Shown here: positions 54,493 through 64,000 of the stretch, piece by piece | How the letters are laid out: each line of letters begins with the position of its first letter | Numbering within the stretch: position 1 is the stretch's first letter | Assembly (NCBI RefSeq): GCF_902652985.1 | Contig: NC_047029.1 | Coordinates: 22,444,001 to 22,508,000 of the forward strand | Origin: Pecten maximus | Lineage: Eukaryota | Length of the DNA stretch: 64,000 nt | Direction: 5' to 3' | Made by a program: the position numbers and the translations under genes | The notes under the pieces: generated by a model | Databases searched by the model: none | Seen by the model: the letters and a program-made list of their open reading frames with translations, nothing else | Told to the model about the DNA's origin: nothing

Positions 54493-56163
54493 GTTTTACC
54501 TTCCAAATAAGCGTATATGCATGGTTTATGTAACCAGGAGTTCATTTGTTATATGCATCATATAAGGATTTGGATTTTTCTACGGTTAGAAAGAGGTTTG
54601 TAGGCCTGTTCCATATAATTTATGTATTTATTCTCTTTATTGCCTCAAAAAATGAAGAGTACAAAGGAATGTAGAACATCATATTATATATACAAAACAT
54701 TCGGCACAATATGCATTACATATCTACACTTAAAAAAAAAAAAAAATTCATGTAAAACATACACAGTACAATAGTATCACATATATGTTATACAATATTT
54801 ACATCATTTCCTTATTTTCTTAATTTCATTATAGATAAAAATGATGAATGATTAATGAATAGTATCACAAATATTGTTGAAATATCACAGTTGGCATAAG
54901 TATTACGTTATATATTGCACATTATTGTTATGGAGTAAATTTGCTTTACCTAGGATTGCCCATGAAAGGCGATGTACAGCTTATTTCCAATGGGGTCCTC
55001 GAGTAAAAGAATTTTAATCATTATAATTATTTATTTATCATATTAAAAATTTGTCAAAAATATATAGCCAATAAAAGTGTAGGTATCAAATACTCTTTTT
55101 AAAAATATCAATTTGATAACAGTAGTGCAGGCCGAGTTTTTCAAGGGTTGGGGATACCCCTACCAGCGAGTTCTGCTCAACATGCACCCTGTGTACTCAA
55201 TCAGATATACAATATCACGGTGACAAATTATTAAAAATTTCTAAATTATAGATGTTACATAATTTTAATATTACAAAAGAATGATCCCATATATATCTTA
55301 ATTTAAAAGTTGATCATTTGAGAATTTGAATCATCATGGATAACACAGCATGTAATTGCCAGATAGTATTAGGCGATATCCTTATATGATGATATAATTG
55401 AATAAAAAAAACACAATTTTAAGTTTAATGTTGTTAATAAGCACTGACCCTATCAATTTAATAATAAAATTTCCGTCCAGTACAGACACCTAGCGGTTGG
55501 GCCAATCTCTACCAGCCAGCTATCTGCAGAAGATTAGAAAAAAGGAATACATGTACTTTATATGTATGTGTTTCCATATAAAGCGTAAAATCAATAAAAC
55601 ATATCAGAGAATATCTAAAAGATTAACTCTAAATTATGATATATTGATACGAGATGCACAATATTAATACGTGACTATGTAATAGACATTCAACTGATAA
55701 GATAAGTTTTTTTCTGATTCAGGGTTACATAAAGTCCTCTATACCAGACTCACAATAGATACATAATAAAAAATGGATTGATGTTGTATTTGTGAATACA
55801 TTCAATAAAGGTATCTATATAAATGTACAGTATACATATAATGCCTTCAAGCACATTCAATGAATGATTTATCTGAAGAGAATGATGGTTACAACTAAGT
55901 AAAAACGTCATTACTCAAAGACCAAATATAAATTCCATCGAAAAATGTCCCCCCCCCCCCCCCATGATTTGCATTGCGTTATCTTTTTTTTTTTAATTTC
56001 TTAGCTAAGCGAAATCTTTTTTTTTTGAAAGTCAACAACATTTTTAAAGATAAGAAATAATCGATCATATTTCGCCCAAAGCTGTGCAAGGGACAAGGGA
56101 GAGCACTCAAGTATTCCGGATATTTTTTTCCGGTACCGAGATCTAGTTTACATAAAAAGCAAG

Positions 56164-58979
56164 ATGGCGTCGTTTGTGAAGTCTGCACGAGGTGAAGATA
56201 TTTTATATTATTGGATATCGTCTTATGTGGTCTTCACCAGCCCTAGCATAATATCAAAACACACATTTGCAGCATTTGTATAAGTTGTGTCTAAGTATTT
56301 GCTATTGGCAAAATTTAGAAACATACAAGTAATGCAAAACTGATACGAATTGGTGATATGTCCTTCTGACAACTGTCAAGTTCACATCTGTTATAACTAT
56401 CATGTTATGTATATTCCACCACAGGACCTCGTTTCTATTGACCAGTAGAATTATTATATTTGAGTCAATCATTAGGAATCAAAAGAGCATATATATTACT
56501 TTGAAAACGTTTGATCACTGTCATAAAAGAGTCATTTGATTACTTGGATGTAAACATATACAAAAAGTCACATGATTTCTCAAAATGTTAAATAAGTTTC
56601 ATATTATTTTTCCTAATGAAGGTGTTGTCTGATTTTACAGCATGTCTGCGACCAGTGTCCGGTACATGGTCGCAACAAGTGAGACTAAAGCACAAGTATA
56701 ACAGCAAGAAACCATGGCTGAACCAGCGCTCTCACAAACACAGAATATTCCAGGTAGTCACACAGCCCCTCTATGTAAAAGAGGATTTTCCTGTCAGAGT
56801 CTGCCCTCATTTAGACCATCAGAAGAAACTTCTGGAGGTAAGTATAAAAATCATGTCATCTTGATTGCAAATCTGTTTTACAGTCCATCATTTCATATAT
56901 TATTACCAAAGAGCTTATTTCCTGCAGTTAACAGGATAAATAGTGTATGGATTCCAGGCTCTTGTACTCTAAATCCTGGTTATGTTTTGAAATTGATTAA
57001 GATTTCCATCCCATAAATAATTTTATAACTATATGTATAAATCCTAGGAATTAAGAGACAACCACAAATATATATGCTATCTGAGTATACCTGGACAGCT
57101 GTCAATGGCCCTTGTTGAAAACATTGAGATAATGTATGGGTTTACTTTCAGAAGCATTTGTAGTGAGATTTTGTTTCTTATATCTTGTAATTATTTCTTC
57201 AAATTCTTCATACATGAAATTTTGGAATTACACACATGTATTTGAGATTTCTCTTATGATTTATACCAAATTTACACTGTTTTGATGCCATTGTCATAGA
57301 TGAAGCCTCTACTGGACAGCTAGAGTGTGGTATATTTTACAGAGAAAAGGTATCGAGATGGGACCCGCTGAGGAGTTTATTTATAGGGGCTGTGAGCGAA
57401 TGTTCCGAGAAAACAAAATGATTATCGTCTGTCAGAATCTTCCCTGCCCTGCTGTCGATGTAGCCAAGGCAAAAGGACTCCTGAATAAATCTGGGTTAAA
57501 ACTGAAAGTGTTCAGTAACAAATATGCACGGTAGGTAATGAATACTGAATAAGACCGATTGGAAAACTCAGAACACTCTTGAAATGTATAACTCGAAGAA
57601 TGTCACATCAATTTTAATAATACATTTTTTGTTTATTTCTTTAAATAACAATATTAAGTCTAAGTATCTTTAATAACTTTTATAGTGTAGAAGTGCAGTA
57701 CATAGCTGAAAAAAATGCCATAAACAGTTTTTTGCTGGATGACATCTTTTTCCACACAAATCTACTTTATTGAATTTTGATGTGGGAGATTGTGTATGCA
57801 AACCTCCAGGCTTCAAAAAAGGACATCTGTTTATAGACCTAAATTTAACAAACTAACGTCAAATGTTCCTTAAAATTACATACTGCTTATTCTGATGGAC
57901 TAATTATATAATTAGAATTTTGAAAAGTATTGGATATTAAAAACAGGTTGCTGATAATTCATGTCAAAATTTCAGGATAAAAAACTGAATGTTTTCCTCC
58001 AAATAGGTAGTGTAAGGAGGTTTGATTTTACACATACCAAACCAAACCTGAACAAAATCAACATACCCTACGGGAGCTACTATATTTTAACAGTGTTCAC
58101 ATACATATTCGATGTATTGGTGTGGCTATAGAAAAATTGTGTAATTACATTGTACTTTCCTGGTTGAAGTTTTCTATTTATTTACAGGATGGCTGTGACA
58201 GGAACAGAATTGGAGAGTATGAAGCCGTGGTTTCAGGGGAGAAATGTCTACATTGTATCTGAGGAGCAGAATATAATGGCAGTGGTTAGAGATCTCAAAA
58301 AAACACCATTCTTACTGATGTTAGGTATGTGTGTTATTCTTACAGATGTTTGTTTTGCATACCATTCAACATTTTAGTGAACTTGTATCATATATTAAAT
58401 TTAGAATTTTTTTTTTTATTTTGAAATACCGCGTACCTGTATATGTCTTTTCCCAATTTCTTGCAAGTATGTTTTCCAAAAAACGCCAGAAAAAATGGTG
58501 AAATCTGAAGGAATTCTGTGTAGGTTGAATATCTGTCTTTTATGCATGCACAGTAGTTACAAAGAACAAAATAAAAGACAAACTACAAATGGAAGTCGGG
58601 ACAGAAAAATTAAATAGTCTCTTTCCTTCCCTTAACTTCATCCATCTTGTATACCAAGATTTTGACCTATTATGTATAGTATTCACCAGGGGTATTGAAA
58701 TGAATTTGAAATCCTCCAATTTCTTACCTATAATCTTTCATTGTTATCAGGAGGACTAGTAGATGGAAAATTACTCACCAAGGAAGGCTTACTGAAGCTG
58801 TCCAAGTTACCACCCTATAGAAGAGCTGAGAGGTGAACTCTGCAGCATATTAAACATGGCCGCCTGGAGGCAAAACATCAACTCTACTTCAAACACACCA
58901 ACAGACTCTAGCTGCTAATCTTGACCAACTGGTCAAGCAGGGAACTGCTGACCAGTCGAAACAGACAGTGGACGAATGA
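56164..58979 (+). CDS. MRPL10: Mitochondrial ribosomal protein L10 (uL10m), ~258 aa after correcting two apparent +1 indels in exon 5
   Basis: Exons (+): 56164-56191, 56641-56837, 57343-57530, 58188-58324, 58751-58979. Basic transit-peptide-like N-terminus; MFRENKMIIVCQ, LKVFSNK, LLMLGGLVDGKLL, LSKLP-IEELRGEL. YY1-like CAAGATGGCG overlaps the ATG. Confidence 0.8.
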
Positions 58980-60419
58980 CCAGATTTAAACTGTTAGGAA
59001 TAAGGATCAAAATGTTGTCACAAGATGAATACTAAAGACAATTATTGGTATACCAAAGAGGATTGTGGGTAATATAGAGGATTGTGACCATAGAGAATTA
59101 TGGGTATAAATCATAGATGATTGTGTGCCAATGTCCATCAACCACAGAGAGTTGTGCCCATATGAGTCAACATATGATCAACCATAGAGATTTGTGTCAA
59201 CATGGAAACTTCTGTTTCAATATAACATTATGACCAACCATCAAGAGAACTGTGTGTTGACATAAAAGTTTGACATTGAAAACTGTTGCCAGTCAATATG
59301 GGTCAACATATACTCAACCATAGAATCGTGTATCAATACGAGTCAACATATGACCACTGATAGGTATTTGTGATATATATGATCAAATATAACTGGTATA
59401 ATCAACCACTGATAAGTTTGTACATATGATAAACACTGTTGTCGACATGGGTCAACATATAATGAAAACTGTCAAGATGTGATCGGAAAAGTTTTACGAC
59501 AATGTTGGCTCACCAAGACTTTACTCATGCTGTTGTTTCCTTGACAAATTAAACCTCTTGAATATTTACAAATTTTTTGTATTTAATCAACTCTTTTCAA
59601 TAAATAAGTAAGTATGTTGAAAGTTGTGGAAATGACTCTTTGCATTTACATAATAACCATGAAAAAAGGGACAATTCTTGACCTAACATCATCAACAGAT
59701 CATGTAATATTTGAACATATGATAAAATATACTCTTATCAAACACATGGACAGACTGCAAAACTATAATCTCATTAATATTTTATGTGAAAGATGTGAAA
59801 GACAAAAAAGGAGAACTTAATTAAACTTAAAATTTACATACTCTAAGCACCATATTTTTAGCTGTCAACAGGAATGTTAGCAAGAAGATATTGCCTCATG
59901 AACAGCCAATGTCATTTTTAGGCAGTGTCCTCGCAGTAGCTGTTGACTACCTCACTGAACATCTACAGCAATTGGGGTAAAATCTCGAAGGGCAAGTGAG
60001 CTTATACCATAGTGCAGTAATTAGTGTTCGAAAGTAAAGGTGATCTGATGGCCCGTTGCTATAGAAAACCTAGTTGTCTATGTAAAATTTCTGTTGGCTG
60101 GGAAAAGTTTGAGTTCTGACATACATTATGATTCATGCAAACAACATTCCTATATTTTCTGACAAACCATCATATGAAATCGGAGCTTACAATCAAGATG
60201 TTTTTTTACCGAGAACAGTGCATTATTGGATTCAAACATTTGAGCAAGTATGAACTGGAAGATGCAAGCGTTTTCATGACATATTTATACTACTTTCAAC
60301 AATATGTGTTTACAAAATGGGTCTATGGAAAAATGACTTGGGCTATGGGATTTCAATTTTCTGTAGACTAATTGTCCAAGGAATTTTCATAATATACTTT
60401 CATACACTGGTAATTGTCC

Positions 60420-60980
60420 CGCTGGCCAACATCATCTTTTCCCTTTAACTAACTTCTCAATAATCAATAGGCCACGAGACCAGATATTGGGCCAGTTGCT
60501 TGCTAGGGTGAAGGGTTACTTAGTTTGCTCAAATGAATGACCTTGACCAACAATCAAGGCCACTGAGGTCAAATATGCTAAAATCTTTGAATTAATTTTG
60601 CTCAATAAGCAAGAGGCCCATAGACCATATATTGGGTCTGAACATGTAGCATGCTTGATTGTAGGCTACCAATTTTTTTTCAAATTGATGACCTTGACTT
60701 TTTTTTAATATTACAGGGGCCAAATGTATTAAAATCTTTAAAAGATCACTTTTTAATAACCAAGAGACCTGATATTCGACCTGTAGTATGCTGGAATGAA
60801 GGGGTACAACATACAGACTGTATATTTGAATAAAGAAATCCAGCCTATTACATGTACAACGTATTACATTTCAATAAGCTTAAGGTGGTAGTCAGTTTAG
60901 CATCTGAACAAATGACCTAGATCAACTTCAAAGTTGCATTAGAAGTAGGTGAACAATACAGGCCCATTTGGCCTCTTGTC
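60420..60980 (-). mobile_element. Reverse-orientation copy of the 'tgaccttga' repeat family
   Basis: Ends ...ggtgaacaatacaggcccatttggcctcttgt, the reverse complement of the family start seen at 9228 and 43930. Confidence 0.6.
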
Positions 60981-62647
60981 TTGTTTTCCCTTCCATCAAA
61001 ATGAGACAAATGACAAACAAAACAGTTTCACCAATAAACCAATTTATTGACACACATTGAACAAAAAAAAAACACAACATCATTTGATAATAGAATTAAA
61101 AAAAAAAACATGCAACTGTCATTTAATAAATCCTTATATTGTCTATGGAAATACTCTTGCATCCTTTGTAATAACTTTTTTTATCATTAGGCATATACAT
61201 CCTGAACAAGGATGAGAATTAATGTAAATATCTTTATCAACGCTACTTACTACATAATACTGCTAGCATGGCAACAAAATATGAATTGGACCAAACCTTT
61301 GCACCTATCTAAAAATTAGTATAGAATCTTTTAATCCCAAAGAAATACCCAGTAATTTCCATTCACTAGTGAAAGGCAACGCAAACCAAATACTTTGGGC
61401 ATGGGCAAGTTTTACCATTCTGATTAAATCAGGAGTTTTGAAAAAAAAAATCTAGGCATGCATACAGTTTACAATAATACTGATAGGTAATTATAATAAA
61501 TAAACAAAAATAATATATATAACAAGTGAAAGAAAAATTACAAAGTGAATAAATATATATATATATATATCACAATACCATGATCGTGCACTGGTATAAT
61601 GTTTTAATCACAGTAGGAATGTATCTGGCATGATAATGTAATAAATCTATGAAAACTATCCAGGTACTTGCTTTTAGAGATAGTAGTTTGCACTAAGAAA
61701 ATCATTCCTTTTAAAACGTTGTGCCTATTCAGCTTAATACATACAACTTTTGAATTATAGTTCATGTACTAAAATTTCTAAAAAAAATCACCATTAAGAC
61801 ATTTTTACCATAATCGATAGCTTCTGAATAGGTATAGAATGTTTCCTTTAATTGGCTATTAAAATGAAAACAAAAAATTCCAATTTGAAATTTTGAAATT
61901 ACTGTCCAAAAAGGCTGTTTTTCCTTCAAATTTTATGGATACATACAAAATTACTAGTGCAATATGGTTCCTTAGGATATTTTCATCAACAAATAAAATG
62001 GGTGTCCGTTCCGTGTAAATAATTTGTGCAGATAGGAAGAGTAGATTTTGTTAGCTAAAAAACATGCTCAAATCTGGATATGTGAACTTGATTTTATAAT
62101 GAGATCACAAAACGTACATTTCAGCACAAAACGATGGAAATGATGATACATCGTGATACATGATTGCATTCCCGGATGTTAAAAAACATATCATTCATAA
62201 AATACAGAAAAATGAAAAAGCGAATTCGAAATCAAATCTTATCTGCATACAAATACTGATTTTATAGGTTCATTAAATGCAACTTCTAAAAGCATTCCAA
62301 AAAGAAATCCCATTTCATCATGAATTAAACAAAATCAAATACTTTGTGTAAACTATAGGTTCATTAGCTTATAAAATCATTCTCTGAAGAAATCCCAACT
62401 GTCATAATTAAACAAAAGTAAACGCTTTGTGTAAAATATCATTTTGGGGGCATTTTTTATTTATTTAGAAAATTTACCAAAAAACATGTGAGAGATAAAA
62501 CATTAATAATTAGACAATATCCAAAAATAAAGACGACATCTGGTATTTCGTTTGATGTTCGCTGTATATAACCACTGTGAGATTGTTCCGTGATCACGTC
62601 CAGTTTTCCACCATAAGAATGTTGTTCCATAAGTTTTCAGTCTGCCC

Positions 62648-63421
62648 TCACCACTGCTTTTTGTAATCTATTGACTGTAAAAGAATCAATGAATATATGT
62701 GACAGAGACAGATCTTACCCAGATATCTTTACCAGACGTTGGCTCCACACCCTGTAGTTTTAAGAGATACAGATCTTGCAGCACATGCATATTTATCCAG
62801 CTATCTAGTCTAGTAATTATAATAAGGCCATCCAAATCTACTGACAGAATTATCAACAAATTCTTTTTAGGTGTTCCGGAATAAGCCAATATGTTTTGCT
62901 TCGGCTTACTGAAGGATAAATATGGTAAAGAAACTTTTGTTTACTGAAGGATGAATACGGTAAACGAAATTGGTTTTTTTTTTTTTTTTTTTATATGTGT
63001 ATGACATTGAACATCCTTACAAGTCACAGCAGCTAGGGACAACTGAGGACAGGACATGTGGTAACAATAGCTCTTACATGATACATGCACAAGTGAACTG
63101 TACAGTCATAATGACTTGACATCACTTGATAAAATAATTCAAATTATCAGCAAACGATATACATGTACACTGTATTAATCGTTCACCATATAGTTTTATA
63201 TATATTTATGGCATTCAAAATCTTAAACTTCATGAGTAAATATTTTTGAGATAGAAATCAGTGTAGTGGAGAGATACATTAAACAAATACATTATTATTT
63301 TTTTTTTTTTTACATTTTACTTCATTATACATTTCATAGAGTGTGACTTACATTGAGTCTATTGGGCAGTTTAGCAGAATAGTCTACAATTTGTTGTTGT
63401 CTCAAATCTTCTCGCCTTTGC
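62648..63421 (-). CDS. Last two coding exons of an unidentified gene entering from the right edge
   Basis: Exon 63421-63352 (atgtag|G...AAT|gtaagt) gives QRREDLRQQQIVDYSAKLPNRLN. Exon 62674-62648 (ttttacag|) gives SIDYKKQW*. Candidate AATAAA at 61043-61048. Confidence 0.55.
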
Positions 63422-63672
63422 CTACATATAAAAAAACAATGAATAAGCTGTATATACCTTTTAAACATTTGAAAACATAATTGAAAAAAAATTACAGCAT
63501 GTTATATAGAGCCCAATTTAATATCCCCCACAAACACGTTTCACTGATGGTTGATTATGAGGTCAGGACCGCATAACTTAAGAAAAAAAGCTTGTTATCT
63601 CCAGCAAAATAATGTTCATTACATCTCAGCAACCAGCCAGCATAAGGAAGCATGACCTTTCAACCAAACAAG

Positions 63673-63737
63673 AGGTCATGACCTCACAAGAGCGCAATGG
63701 GTCATGACCTCACAAGAGAGCAATGGGTCATGACCTC
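63673..63737. repeat. 26-bp tandem repeat, ~2.5 copies, with palindromic ggtcatgacc
   Basis: Direct inspection. Confidence 0.8.
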
Positions 63738-64000
63738 TTTTATATGCAGAATGGCTGATCACAAAGGACTTCAAACTTATATTGCAATATAAAAAGGGAA
63801 AAGAAATTCAGTCATGACCTAAAAAACCTGTTTACCTAGTGTGTACAAATACAGTTGTAATAAAGCAAAGTGAATAAATCTGTAAAAGTTGATTATATAG
63901 ACATGTATGCAATAACCTATATTTTTTTCTAAATTGATCAATTGACCTTGACCCTTTAGCCTGAAGTTGACTTGACCATTTAGCCTTGTGTGATGATAAC

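Overview
AT-rich, intron-rich animal genomic DNA. The repeat content suggests a bivalve mollusc, which is an inference. By hand-splicing GT-AG exons I reconstruct these genes: the first coding exon of a CPVL-like serine carboxypeptidase (-, runs off the left edge); a complete CCDC63/ODAD1-family outer-dynein-arm docking gene (-, 8 coding exons, ~555 aa) with a candidate RFX X-box/CRE promoter; a complete EFTUD2/Snu114 gene (-, 26 coding exons, ~975 aa); a complete ER FKBP14/FKBP7-type gene ending in HDEL (-, 4 exons, ~219 aa); a head-to-head MRPL10 gene (+, 5 exons, two apparent +1 indels in the last exon); and the last two exons of an unidentified minus-strand gene. Non-coding DNA holds tRNA-derived SINEs, a truncated CR1/L2-type LINE, non-autonomous DNA elements and many minisatellites. 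Two patterns stand out. (1) At least six intronic tandem duplications have a unit that copies an exon edge plus its splice site, giving up to 11 near-perfect decoy GTAAGT donors in EFTUD2. (2) A size series (24-882 bp) of CA...TG fold-back elements carries exact 7-bp target-site duplications, consistent with P/Galileo-superfamily MITEs and possibly their excision footprints.
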